A DNA stretch of 59,788 nt, counting the filler, from Basidiobolus meristosporus CBS 931.73 (Eukaryota; Fungi; Basidiobolomycota): assembly GCA_002104905.1 (NCBI GenBank). It is 4 parts of 4 records of this genome, joined end to end, with 100 filler letters (N's around TTAATTAATTAA, not from the genome) between each part and the next. Parts side by side here need not be neighbours in the genome. Positions count along the whole stretch, not along the records: positions 1 to 12,620 come from MCFE01001238.1; 3 more parts are not named here. One strand, written 5' to 3'. Below, in pieces: positions 1 to 11,732 of the stretch. The notes under the pieces are model-generated. The model did not search any database and had not been told where the DNA came from. It saw only the letters and a program-made list of their open reading frames with translations. Within the stretch, counting starts at the first letter, position 1. Each line of letters starts with the position of its first letter. The position numbers were made by a program, and so were the translations under genes.

Positions 1-312
1 AGATCACAATTAGGACTAGCTAATATGAATACTTGGATGAGTGGGAGTGCTATCAAAATTTGTAATATGCACCTAAATATTCACCTGAGGTTGTCACTTT
101 GATCATTACCTACAAATCTTGAAGAATTGAGACAAAATTCTTTGTTAGGATTTACTGGGAATATTTTGACTAAAACATCAGGTTCCCAGTACATGAAGTT
201 TCTCCAAGTAAATCCTTACAAGGAATTTTGTCTGAATTCTCCAAGATTTGCAGGTAATGATCTAAGTGACTAAGTTAGGTGAGTATTTAGGTGGAATTTC
301 AAGCTTTTACAA
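1..312. mobile_element. Ty1/copia remnant: end of pol + PPT + partial LTR (+), fused to a partial LTR of the same family (-)
   Basis: 1-36 encodes RSQLGLANMN, like the RT/RH C-terminus LRSKLGLVSMS at 10177-10220. PPT GAGTGGGAG at 39-47. 48-200 is the reverse complement of the LTR at 9817-10165, and ~200-312 matches that LTR directly (ctaagtgactaagttaggtga). Confidence 0.8.
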
Positions 313-3141
313 GTGTAAGTTTAAAGTTACAGAGCAACTAAGTGGATTAGGATCAACTTTTCCTGGCTTGTACAGCATGATTATTTCAAGAATGGTGCAG
401 AAGAAATGGACCAAATGAAACCAAACTGAGTTTCAGGTGAGATGAATATTCAAAAATAATCTACACAAGTAGAAACAGAGGCAAATATATATTCCTGGTA
501 TAAGTATAAATATTTTGAAATAATTGTATATCTTCCCTGGCACAACTCGATCAATCATGATTCCAGTCCTCACACAGATCCGGAGTTAAAAAGTGATCTG
601 GGTTTCTAGAGCATTGATGTAGGAAAGAAGCGTGTACAACTTTATAAATTGGTGATGTACTGAAGGTTCTCGAATTCATATCATCTGTATCATTGGATGC
701 AGCACTAAATGCACTCTCATTCTGGTATGCACATTTGTATTCACTATTGATGTTCATGATGGTCAAAAATAAGAACGAAGCGACCATTCACGATACAAGA
801 TAGAGCTTTCCAAAAATCTTCTTTAGTTTGGCTCAGGGATGTGTGCCAACGTCTCCTGCAGATTCTTGATCTGAATGGTGGACAAAGCATCAGAGCCTTC
901 CAATCTTGCGCTCATCCTCCTGTACTACAACTCCAACATTGGCTCGTTGATATCAGTTAAATAGCCAGAATCCCACCATAACGCTGAAAGCCTGCTTGTG
1001 GGAGGTGTTTTGCCGCTGGCACCACTTTCCAAAACCAGTCATCTATTTCTGTGGGTAAGCAATAAATAGTTGACTCGAAGAAACCGATAGCGGAAAGACG
1101 ATGTGATATGACACAGCTGCAGCCTGATCACCACTTGCGTCACGGCATTTGGGAGACTTCCTGATGTGAGATTCCAATGATTTCATTGATCAGCGGATTG
1201 TCTCTACCGAGCAGGTGCTCGCAAACTGGTGTAGAGTAATGAAACACCTGGGATGTGTAACATGGCGCTCAGTTAATTCGTTTACTCAATCACAAGTGAG
1301 GATGGTTGACAAATTGCTTGCTCTGCGGTGCGACTATGGAGCTGGCATGTAGTACCCATTACTACCATAAACCACACAGTTTGGCCTACATTGGGCTAAC
1401 TCCGAGGTACATAATGAAGACATATCAGAATATAGCGTATAGGTACTCCACTGATCACTCACCTTACATTGCCATCCAAAAGAGTCCGAATGAGGGCTAG
1501 TGCTAGGGTTAGGGTTGAATGCAGCGGGTACAATCAAGTGATCATCAATGGCTATTTGTGGTGGAAGCATCCAGATCAGATTTCATTACATGCGATCAAT
1601 GAGGAATACTATAGTGCACACAATAGAACGGGGCTATTGTGGCCTTCGAGCTGCGTATCCACCGTTCTGCATTCAATAGAATGACCTGCGCATCAACCAA
1701 CCTTTTTAGGAAGGAAACTTTGAGGAGCTATTGCTTGCTTCCACACCATTGCTTTCATTGCTTCCACACCATTGCCTGATATGTCCCCGATCATTTGAAG
1801 TGTACAAAGCTTGACTGAATCACATGGGTTCTCGATTGCATAAATGAGCGCCATCAAATAAATCACAAATATTTCTAATCCCATAAGTCGATTCTTTATC
1901 TTGACCAGGCCCATATATATTGAAAATCCGAAGGTTACAAGTAAGATGTGATGATTCATGAAAAATTCCTTATCTACATTATCCGAATCCAAGTGTGTAG
2001 AGAAAATTTCATCTATCTGATCTCCGAAAGCACCTTTTGGTCCGGACTGGAATCCGATTTTTCAGGGTCGATTTCTATCAACTGGTTGGCCTCGTGTGAA
2101 GTTCACCACCATTTTTCGATATCCATGCAGTTGGTTAATGATCTCACATTCGTGTAACAAACATTACACTGGCCATGACACGCTTTGTGGTACGATGGCT
2201 GGTTCTACTGGCCAACAGGTTTCTTCCCTATTGTGTAATCTTCATATCAATGGATGCGCGAGAAGATGTTTCTCCGTCGCGACTTGGACGAGGGCATCCT
2301 AGAAAGGTATCCCCTCCATATTTGGATCGAGCAACTCAACACTCATCCAATGAATCCAGGTGAGATCTGGTTCCCAACATGCATCGATAACCCGTCTTTT
2401 TGGAAGTTTCTGAAACACCCACACTACACCGCCGATTCGAATATCCTGTTGCCATTTTTGGAAGCCAAGAATGACCATCTCCTGGCCCATTCTCTTGTAA
2501 TTCATTTGGTCCAGAGTGAAGGCTCGTCGTGTCAATGGGTTCAAGCCACCATTCAATAGCGTGTTGACTAGACGTCATACTCGCGATCGCCTTATCGGGA
2601 TCTTCCACTAATTTTCCCTAGGCAAGGCAACAATTGGGGCTGTGCGAAATGTATATTTGGCAGAATGTGAGATACGGGTCATGTGAAGACTCGCAATGAT
2701 ACAAGTCCATTAGGTATGAAATGCATATACATCAACATCCAGCGTTGGGTAGGCTCGTAATACAGACGACGATGCGGTGAATGTACAGAAGGTTGTTGAG
2801 TGGTACACCGGACAGCTGAATAGTAATACAGCTGACCATATAGTTGGTCGGTGTGACAGACGACAGCAGAGGAGGAAACAAACGCTGGGTGGGACAGGGC
2901 CATGGGATTATAAATCAACAAGCATTTTTTCGATTGGAATTCCGAGCGAAAGAATTATTTAATCATTTGAGGGATATTTACAATATAAATCTGCGGTGGT
3001 GTAAGGAACAATGCTTCAGCTGAAGCATGTACAGACCACTGTTTGGTTCTATCACCGCTACATAAAACAAGATCTAAACGTCACATGTATAAATATAATA
3101 TCTAATAACACATAAAAAAGAATATCGAATGGACAACCATT

Positions 3142-4146
3142 TCAGGACTTGGGGGGCAACAGGATTTTGTGTTCCGAACGGTAGTGTCTCTTCAGTGCGT
3201 CTGTACGGTAGAATGCTTTCGTACAGATGTCGCAGCTGTAGGGCCTTTCCCCAGTATGAAGGCGAATATGTCTATGAAGGTCGTGTCGACGGCGGAAATG
3301 GCGGGAGCAGTATGGGCACAAGTGGCCTTTCTTGTCTTTTCCGTCTTTGTGGCTGTTGGTCTGTGAGTCGAAACTATCAAGAACGGTGAATGGAAGGTTC
3401 ATGCCTTCTATGCCTCTTGTTCTGGGGTCATTCACAACCCCTGGGTAGTACTGTAGTGCTTTGGCAGTAGATGAGTGGATTCCTTTGGATGGATTGCAAT
3501 GGATGAACTTGATCTTAGTGGGCATAGAATCGAAGATGGCTTTGTTTAATGTCGGCTGCCTGTCGTAGCTATCGGCTTTTTCTGTAGCATTGAAGATGCT
3601 GATGTCCTTGGCATATTGTGCTTGATTAAGGAAGTGATTGGAGCTTATGTCCTGTTTCTGATCTCCGATGAACTCGATGGAGGCAGCGGTTGCGTCAAAA
3701 AGAGAGTCGAATTGCGGTGATGGATCTGGGGAAGCAGATCCACTAGAGCTAAATTCCGACGCAAGGCAGAAGGAGTTGGCCTCATTGGCGTCAGTGTGCT
3801 GGTAAAAGAGCGATGTGTCCATGGCTGGGATTAGGTGATCTTGTGAGTGCTCAGGATTAGGAGAGTGGATATATTGGCCATTAGAGCCTAGATATGGCAT
3901 GCTTGCACGCTTTCTATTAGGCTGATGACCAAGTAGTCCAGTGTCATTGCTCTGGATAGGTATGCTGACAGAAGCGATTCGAGGTCTGTCGATACACTCA
4001 GTAAGACCAATGTAAGGAATGTGATCGAAGTTGTTGGGAACTACAGGTATGCAGTTCATGTCCGCATACAGCCAGTCTTCGATATTTGCATCATGGGCTT
4101 TGGATGTGGATATATAGGAGCAATTTGCTGATTGTGGGAGCGGCAT
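3142..4146 (-). CDS. C2H2 zinc-finger transcription factor (two C-terminal fingers), 334 aa
   Basis: CPYCSRHFRRRHDLHRHIRLH-TGERPY-SCDICTKAFYRTDALKRHYRSEH with canonical TGERPY linker; low-complexity N-terminus; intronless ORF. Confidence 0.93.
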   Translation of the reverse strand: MPLPQSANCSYISTSKAHDANIEDWLYADMNCIPVVPNNFDHIPYIGLTECIDRPRIASVSIPIQSNDTGLLGHQPNRKRASMPYLGSNGQYIHSPNPEHSQDHLIPAMDTSLFYQHTDANEANSFCLASEFSSSGSASPDPSPQFDSLFDATAASIEFIGDQKQDISSNHFLNQAQYAKDISIFNATEKADSYDRQPTLNKAIFDSMPTKIKFIHCNPSKGIHSSTAKALQYYPGVVNDPRTRGIEGMNLPFTVLDSFDSQTNSHKDGKDKKGHLCPYCSRHFRRRHDLHRHIRLHTGERPYSCDICTKAFYRTDALKRHYRSEHKILLPPKS

Positions 4147-4335
4147 TGCGGAGGTGAGTGCGAGGAATGAAAGTAAACAATGACTAGAAGAACCTACGCC
4201 AGCCTTTTATCTCTCAGTCTGGTTGCACAAATAAGCATTTGCAAATCAAGTGTTTGTCCCCATTATCAATCCAGTATAGTGTATCCAATAGTCATGGTCA
4301 TGTAGCCGGGACTTGATAGGTTTGAGTAACAAGAG

Positions 4336-4368
4336 CTAGGTCAACACTAGGTCAACACTAGGTCAATA
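4336..4368. repeat. 11-bp tandem repeat x3 (CTAGGTCAACA)
   Basis: ctaggtcaaca-ctaggtcaaca-ctaggtcaata, upstream of the C2H2 gene. Confidence 0.9.
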
Positions 4369-4460
4369 CTCGGTACTCTATTCACTAAATTAAAAGTGTC
4401 AAAAAATTTGTTCGCAATGGGTATTGGCCCGATAAATCCAATAAGCGCTTAGGAAGACCA

Positions 4461-4496
4461 TCGATTACTGCTTCGATTACTGCTTCGATTACTGCT
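4461..4496. repeat. 12-bp tandem repeat x3 (TCGATTACTGCT)
   Basis: Three perfect copies read directly. Confidence 0.9.
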
Positions 4497-5705
4497 GCAA
4501 TAGGAACATCCATTTTATGCTTAATACTTTGATTTGAATGATTCTAAATTAAGCGAATTTCATGGTGGCCCTCCAATACTATAGACGCTGAGAGAACATT
4601 CCATCGGAACCCAGCACCATTGCTCAACTTTAATCATTGGGCACATGACCTTGCAACTGAGCGCCCCATCACCACACTCCTAGTGGGGTAAGAGTGGCCA
4701 CGATACTCATTCCAGGACATTTGACTGAGGAGGACAGATCCAGAATATATTCCTTCCACTTATATTCATCACGAAGGACAAGAATCTAGACCCGGGATTC
4801 TGCGGGTTGGTTGAACAGGAGTTAACTCATTTATAGGAATTCGTTGAATTTAGAGATTAAGGGGCTACGCAAGCTAAAGCCAAAATTGAAGAAAACAAAC
4901 CAAGCAACTACTTGGGGCCTCTTTAGCAGCAAAAGTAGCGAGATGAGCAAAGTTTGCCATGAAGAAGTGTGGGTGTAAACAGGATACCTAGCAGGGTTCT
5001 TTTCATGTTGGAATTCTGGGATTCAAGTCAGGCGCTTTGTATCACGAATGCTATCCAATCTCTATCGCACTCCCAGCAGATAATCTAGGTTCTTCCTTAA
5101 GCATGACCATCGCGCTATTTCCAGATTGCCACAAAATAGTCTAGTCAATACCTATTTTAGAAATGTCAAATAACCGTGGATGTCGTGGTTTGATTTTCAA
5201 TGCAACCGTCATATTTGTTACTCTACAGGTTACCTTTCTATAGAAGCGTTTATCTAAGTGCCATTTGGAGGGATGATCGAGCACGGATCTTCATAATACC
5301 ACAAATGACGTATATCTGAGCATCCAATCATTGCGTCAGTATTGGTTCGCAATCAATGTTATTCCCCGTTTGCAAACTTTAATCTTTTGCGCCCCACTTA
5401 CCGTTTCAGAAGGACGAGCTGGAACTGTGGTATCGCTGATTTGAAATGAATACTTAATCTGGTCAGTCCGTTCTGCTGCCACTAGATAGCTATAAGTCTT
5501 CTGGTTGGGTCGTTACCTTTGTCTTTTGGCTAGATGGCTTTCTCTTTCATGGAGGCCATTAGTTGTCAACTATTGGGGCTGATAATTCTATTGCTTATTC
5601 GGTGGATGTTGCGTCCGTCTATTTATATCTCGACGGAGTTGAAATGAGCAATGTGGTTAGTCAAGAGGCGTGGAGATAATCAATCCTGGGTTAACTTCTG
5701 TCGTT

Positions 5706-5780
5706 GCTAGAAGGCCTGTACAATCCGAAACTCCCTAATGTTACTGCTAGATGGTCTGTACAATCCGAATTTCCCTAATA
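5706..5780. repeat. Imperfect 40-bp direct repeat x2
   Basis: gctagaaggcctgtacaatccgaaactccctaat / gctagatggtctgtacaatccgaatttccctaat. Confidence 0.8.
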
Positions 5781-6469
5781 ATGATATATGAAAGCGTCTT
5801 ATCTAAGCTCTAACTGGCTCAAACGTTAGTATCGTTTGGTGAGAGGGGTCTATATCATTGCGGGGACTGTAGTTCAGCAATACAACCCTGTTTTCAACAT
5901 GCTTTCATTGTTTCTAAGGTCTTTCTGTGTGAGCAATATTTGCTTTGCAGGAATTCTCATAAAGAAATATTCCCTGAATGTAACATGCATATACCACATA
6001 TAAGCATCTACAGAGCTTCAATATAGCTTGGAGGCTTATAAGCCCATCATAAAATTTAGCTATATGGCAATGTGGTGTGGGAAGATTGTTTATAACGATT
6101 CCTGAAGCTTAGTAGGATTTATCCTACCATTGTACTTCGAGCATTCATGTGTGGATCTGGTGCTGATGAGTAGACAAGGAAGTGTAGCATGGCAGTATGA
6201 TGATCAATCATGGTTGATTAATCGACTAACATCCGGAATGTGGTGAGCTGGATGGTCAGAAATGCCTGGACTCAATCAATCGTAGGCAATCTAGGTTTAG
6301 CAATTAATACAAATTAGTCAACTCTTGGACGAGTAGAGAGCCTACTGAGGAACGTTCCATCTAGTATTTGGCCAGGTTGTCATGTGCAATCTAGAATTAG
6401 TTTATTGTGGTGAATGCAATCCAGAGTTAATGGACTGTGGATGGACTGTAAATGTACTGGAGATATACA

Positions 6470-7987
6470 CTAGAGATTTTTTTTCCCGCTAGTATGAATG
6501 CTCCCCTCTTTTCCAAGGACCGAGCGCACATGTTGAAGTAGTTTGAGTCTTCTGGTTAGGATGTCATGTAGCTGTACTCTACGCTTAGTGTTTGCCATGT
6601 TATGTGCTTGAATCAACACTATCAGTAGAAACCCTTCGATGATCATCGTTGGTGTATTGCAAATGAGTTGCCCTGTTTGATTCCAGTGCATGCCGCTAGC
6701 AATACACAACAGGGCTACAATCGTCATCAGCGAAGCTAGCACTGCACCTGGCATAGAGCAAACCACACCCATGCAATGGCTCACTCTGTAAATCAGGGTT
6801 TTTTTGCAATACAGTTGTTCTTCCGGTAGCGGTAGGCCCAAAGTCTGAAACAATGCCAGGTCAGAGTCCACGAGAACATCAAATTGCTCGTTCAAAATGG
6901 TATCCTGACGGAAATATACGTTTCGTAATACAAATCCATCCACAAAGCCGACCAGGCCGGTGTAAGTTCCGATGATCAGCCACCAGTTGGAGTCCCATTG
7001 CATATAATTCCCTATCGCAATCCAGAGAATAAACACGGCGGTTGATATGATGGCTCCAATCCCCGAGCCAATCACATCTGCGTAGTAGTCAATGGATCGG
7101 ACACCACGGCTCACCTTGTGAGGCTTGATTTCAATGATCGGGTTGGACTCATTGTCACCAGTCATCTGGCGAAGGAGAATTTCCAGTTCGCAATCAGCCT
7201 TCATGATTGATTTGAGACACTTTTCGAAATACTCCATGTGGCGGCGGCGAGTATTTTGTAGGAACATAGAGGTGAAGGTGAGTTCGACAGCAACTGCGGT
7301 GTTTATATAGAGCTGCCAGAGATCACTCCACCCAAGCACTTGTCCTGTCCCGATCCATGCGAAAATCCCCATCCAGTAGATGATGAGAGAGTAGATAGAG
7401 CCCACTGCCATTGATACCCAATTGCAGCACCTATCGAACCAGTTCTCAACGGGTAATTTCACCGCATCCCCTACATCATCTTTGGGTTCTTGCGTTGCCT
7501 TGTCCAAGTCAACAGGGTTCCGACAGACAGGAATGCCACTCAGTAGTCGCCTGAAAGTCGCGTTCCTCGAGCGCAGCTGGGCTATAACTGATAGCAGTCT
7601 GTGGCAGTGATTTTGCTGCTGGCGCATTAAGAGAGTATCCGATATATAACACTGGATCGAGCTTCCATCCTGCATTGCGATCTGCCAATTTTCCGGTGCG
7701 CCAAAGACTATGCCAAGAATTGCCCATACAATCAAGATAATCAGCGTAACCAGAAAGATCATTCTCGAGCCAGCGTACTGGGTAATAGTGTCGAAGAATC
7801 GCCCTCCCAGAGACTTTTTGGCCTCAGGGCTGTAAAGCTTCAGGCTTCTCGGAAGCTCTTCGCCAATGATAGTAACTTTCTCCTTATCATAGCTGGTAAC
7901 AAATTGGGTTGGCGCAGAGGCTTGAACGGAATGCTGCCTTCCGGGTGCGCTTATAGCTGTATAAAATCTACTTCGATACGAAGTCAT
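6470..7987 (-). CDS. FET4: Low-affinity iron permease (Fet4 / Iron_permease family), 505 aa
   Basis: Repeated Fet4 motifs WQIAMQDGSSIQCY, WQLYINTAVAVELTFTSMFLQN, WWLIIGTYTGLVGFVDGFVLRN, GQLICNTPTMIIEGFLLIVLIQAHN; multiple TM pairs. Confidence 0.92.
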   Translation of the reverse strand: MTSYRSRFYTAISAPGRQHSVQASAPTQFVTSYDKEKVTIIGEELPRSLKLYSPEAKKSLGGRFFDTITQYAGSRMIFLVTLIILIVWAILGIVFGAPENWQIAMQDGSSIQCYISDTLLMRQQQNHCHRLLSVIAQLRSRNATFRRLLSGIPVCRNPVDLDKATQEPKDDVGDAVKLPVENWFDRCCNWVSMAVGSIYSLIIYWMGIFAWIGTGQVLGWSDLWQLYINTAVAVELTFTSMFLQNTRRRHMEYFEKCLKSIMKADCELEILLRQMTGDNESNPIIEIKPHKVSRGVRSIDYYADVIGSGIGAIISTAVFILWIAIGNYMQWDSNWWLIIGTYTGLVGFVDGFVLRNVYFRQDTILNEQFDVLVDSDLALFQTLGLPLPEEQLYCKKTLIYRVSHCMGVVCSMPGAVLASLMTIVALLCIASGMHWNQTGQLICNTPTMIIEGFLLIVLIQAHNMANTKRRVQLHDILTRRLKLLQHVRSVLGKEGSIHTSGKKNL

Positions 7988-8026
7988 TGTTGTTGCTTAT
8001 GATATGATATTGGTATAACCAAGCAG

Positions 8027-8066
8027 TATATATAGAAGTTGAAGAATCAGATAAGTGTTATCAGAT
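8027..8066. promoter_or_regulatory. FET4 core promoter: TATA box plus two inverted ATCWGATAA iron-responsive GATA sites
   Basis: TATATATA at 8027-8034 (~40 bp before the ATG). ATCAGATAA (8046-8054), GTG, TTATCAGAT (8058-8066, = ATCTGATAA on -). Confidence 0.75.
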
Positions 8067-9239
8067 CTCTCACGAGTCCTGAGAAGTGTGTGGTTTTTTT
8101 CGCTACTAGACACAAAGAATGAGTAGAAGCACTCAAATGGGTCGAGTCTGGATTCGTTTCTTGATTCTTCTATTGCCAGCTGTTGTTTCGCGACAGCTTA
8201 GAGTGTAATCCGTGAAAATGGTGGATGGTTCCAGCCAATGTCTCGCGGTACTGCCTAAATGAGGAATATTGAACAGTTGCCTAAATGTGGAATTTCAATC
8301 ACATACTCCATTTATCAATCGGGTTGTGATATTGCATAATCCTGACTCTTTTTCTGTTAGCCAGCCAATCCCGTTTGGTCCTTGTTACTTGTGAACTAAT
8401 GTCCTTTTCGGCTCAATTTTCTATAACTCAGTTTATATGTTCCAGTTGGATAAATGCTGACTCTATATGTGTATCCAGCTTTAGTCCAGAAGCCTACTGC
8501 TTTTTTTAGACGAGCGGGCATCAATGCTTTGGCCAAACTTAGCATTGGTCCACAAGCAAGTATTTCCATATCAATTACCCTCTCTGAGGAGTTCAAAGAT
8601 GCTGCATGCTTATAAGATAACGTTCAATATGTTCCCTAGCGTACAGTGTATGGATGCAGAGTGAATGCATTAGTGTGCACCAGACATTGTTGCATAAGTG
8701 CTATCTCCTCTACCTTTTGATAATACTTCTAAGTCTCTGCGCTTATTTATTGAACATAAATTCAAAGTAAATGAAACGGATTCCTATGCAGACCCATAGG
8801 CTATTAGCGGCGAGGGGTATAGTGGCATTAAAGTATGTAGAGCCAGAGATCAAGGTAAAGACTCTACAAAGTATGGAGCAAGTAAAGGACAACCTAGTAA
8901 TGATTCCTCGCCGATGTCATCAGAATACTATCTGTAACTGTGATAAATCCATCAAAACAATAAATGCTGCTCTAAGGATAATCCTGTGTTATCTATGAGA
9001 TTTCATCTGCCTCTTGAAATACAAAACTGTACTCAATTTTTTGACTTGATCGCCATTATATTTAAACAATTTGTTAGGATGTTAGGATTATTGGTTAGTA
9101 GATGGCAAGGCAGAGCTGAGAACCTGCTAGAATCTACAGATAGCCAGAGCAAATCAAACATGATGCTTTCTGCCCATTGGGCTCAGCTACAACAATTACA
9201 TTATTTACAATGGGGAAAAGCAGGTATGTTATTGATGTA

Positions 9240-9816
9240 GCCAAAGTCACCTATGGTAGATATCATATAGAAGTAGTTCTTGGTGATAGGGAGCAGTAAA
9301 AGACAAAAGCAGATATTGTTGTATGTGCTCACTGTAGGTTCATGCTAAGTCATTATAGTTCCTAAGATGATGACATGAATACTTTCAGCTTTGGCATTGT
9401 TGCAACTCAAGAAAGCAGATGTCCCCCAATTGATGATAGATTAATTTTGTGTAGTAGCTGAGGGTGAGGGCATAAATATCACAAATGTTGGAAGAATTTT
9501 GGATATACTAGAAGTGATTGGGAGAATAAGTGGATCATGAGTTTTACTTAAGGTTAGGGGGATGATAATCACTAAAGGGTAAAGTCTTTATTTAGGTCAT
9601 AAATAAGGAAACCAAGTTGGAATATGGATATCTGTGATGTAGAAAGCCTACAAGGTAAACATGGACTTTACTTTTTCCCAAATATCCTCAATATCAAAGT
9701 CTAGAGGAGAATATAGCACGACTGCTAGCTCACTATAGTATCTCTTGAAGAAGTTTGTAACTAGAAGGGAAGAAGAGTCTTGCAATAAGCTGGTAAATAA
9801 CTGGAGGGGTACTTTT
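9240..9816. repeat. CpG-depleted decayed repeat, probably a second retroelement family, hit by the copia insertion
   Basis: 9550-9620 (gggatgataatcactaaagggtaaagtcttta) recurs at ~51090-51130; essentially no CpG. Confidence 0.45.
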
Positions 9817-10165
9817 TGTTGTAAGAGTCTTGGAGATATTGGAAGTGATTGGGAGAACAAGTAAATTATGTGGTTTTCACTTAATGATTTATTGAATGTA
9901 AAAGTAGTATTTATACTTTTACCTGGTCTTGGCATTACAAACACGTAGAATAGGTTAAGGAAGGTCCCAAGAACATGTGTGCAAAGTTTGGGGCTGTTTG
10001 GACAACTTTGAGAATTTTCATGTTCTGGGTACCTGGCATTTTGGTGAAAAATATTCTAAGTAAATCCCGACAAGGAATTTGGTGAGTATTCTCTAGGATT
10101 TGAAGGTGATGATCTAAGTGACTAAGTTAGGTGAATATTTAGGTGGAAATACAAATTTTACAACA
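9817..10165 (-). repeat. 3' LTR (349 bp)
   Basis: TGTTGTAA...TTACAACA terminal inverted repeats; near-identical to 20686-21035. Confidence 0.95.
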
Positions 10166-10176
10166 CTCCCACTCAG

Positions 10177-11730
10177 CTAAATGCTCATACTGACTAGTCC
10201 TAATTTTGACCTAAGATATTCAAACTTGTCTCTAGCTAATGGTTTGGTAAATATGTCTGCAATCATTTCATCTGTAGGACAGTAAACTAAGCTCACTAAG
10301 TTATTCTCTATAGCTTCACGTATGAAATGATGTCTAATATCTATGTGCTTGGTTCTAGCATGAAAAGTTGGATTTCTACCTAATTGTATACATCCTTGAT
10401 TATCTTGAAATAAAGTAATAGATGTTTTTTGACATAGGCCTAAATCTGTTAAGAGTTTTCTTAGCCACATTGCTTCTTTTGTAGCTTCACAGGCTGCCAT
10501 ATACTCTGCCTCTGTAGTAGAAAGTGCTATGGTTGGTTGCTTTCTTGAATTCCATGAAATTGCTCCTTTACAGTAAAGAAAGGTGTATCCTGTGGTGGAT
10601 CTTCTGTCTTCTAAATTTCGTCCCCAATCTGCATCAGAGTATCCCACAAGATCTTGTTCTGAGTCCTTATAAGTGTATCTTAAGCAAATATCAGCAGTTC
10701 CTTTTAGGTATCTAAAAATCCGCTTAACTGCTGCAATATGATCAGATCCATAGTTCTGATTATGTTGGCTGACAACTCCCACTGAATATGAGATATCTGG
10801 ACGTGTTCCAAGCATGATATACATCAGACTGCCAACCATAGATTGATAAGGAAAGTCAGGGCTTTCAGATGGCACCAAGCTCTCTTGATTTGGTTGAGTT
10901 TTGACCAAGTTAAGGTTTGTCTCCATTGGGGTAGCTGCCGGTTTACAGTCTTCCATTTTGTACTTCTTTAGTATATCTTGAATATACTTGGATTGGTTTA
11001 GGGTGATAGTCTGGGGACTTCTGTCTATGGAGAACTTAATCCCTAAGTAGTAACTGAGTTCTCCTAGATTGGACATCTTGAACTCCTTAGATAGGTTGGA
11101 TTTAGTCTCTTCCAATGTTTCTAGGTTATTGGTGGCTATAATAAGATCATCCACATATAGAGCTAATAGAACTGGATTTGCTCTATCTGGCTTATAGTAT
11201 ATACTATAGTCAGCATTACTCCTTTTGAAACTCAAAGATTCCAAATAAGAATCTATCTTGCAATTCCAGACTCTTGGTGATTGTTTGAGACCATATAGTG
11301 ACTTTTTAAGCTTGCAGACCAAATGGGGGTTATCTTGGTCAACAAACCCATCAGGCTGGTCCATATACACATCCTCATCAAGTTCTCCATTCAAAAGTGC
11401 AGTTTTTACATCCATTTGATGAATAAAAAACTTATATTTGGCTGCAATAGCCAATATTAATATGATGGAATTAAACTTGGCTACCGGTGCAAAGGTCTCA
11501 GTATAGTCAAGTCCTTTTGTTTGAGAGTATCCTTTGGCTACAAGTCTTGCTTTGTATCTTTCAATTGTACCATCAGCCTTGTACTTTGTCTTGAAGACCC
11601 ATCTGCATCCAATTGATTTTCGGTTGATTGGTAATTTGACTAAGTCCCAAGTTTGATTTTCCATCAGGGCCTGATATTCCTCAGTCATTGCAGATCTCCA
11701 AAACTTTGTCTGAGGGCTATTTAGGGCCAC
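10177..11730 (-). CDS. Copia reverse transcriptase + RNase H (part of frameshifted pol)
   Basis: RYKARLVAKGYSQ, HQMDVKTALLNG, LKKSLYGLKQSPR, YVDDLII, GYSDADW, STTEAEY, KHIDIRHHF, ADIFTKPL. Confidence 0.97.
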   Translation of the reverse strand: MALNSPQTKFWRSAMTEEYQALMENQTWDLVKLPINRKSIGCRWVFKTKYKADGTIERYKARLVAKGYSQTKGLDYTETFAPVAKFNSIILILAIAAKYKFFIHQMDVKTALLNGELDEDVYMDQPDGFVDQDNPHLVCKLKKSLYGLKQSPRVWNCKIDSYLESLSFKRSNADYSIYYKPDRANPVLLALYVDDLIIATNNLETLEETKSNLSKEFKMSNLGELSYYLGIKFSIDRSPQTITLNQSKYIQDILKKYKMEDCKPAATPMETNLNLVKTQPNQESLVPSESPDFPYQSMVGSLMYIMLGTRPDISYSVGVVSQHNQNYGSDHIAAVKRIFRYLKGTADICLRYTYKDSEQDLVGYSDADWGRNLEDRRSTTGYTFLYCKGAISWNSRKQPTIALSTTEAEYMAACEATKEAMWLRKLLTDLGLCQKTSITLFQDNQGCIQLGRNPTFHARTKHIDIRHHFIREAIENNLVSLVYCPTDEMIADIFTKPLARDKFEYLRSKLGLVSMSI

Positions 11731-11732
11731 TT

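Noticed and set aside
1890-1945. LRIFNIYGPGQ on - strand, resembling an extended-SDR epimerase motif
   Set aside because: No GxxGxxG or YxxxK at proper spacing and the frame is broken by stops; a single motif is insufficient.
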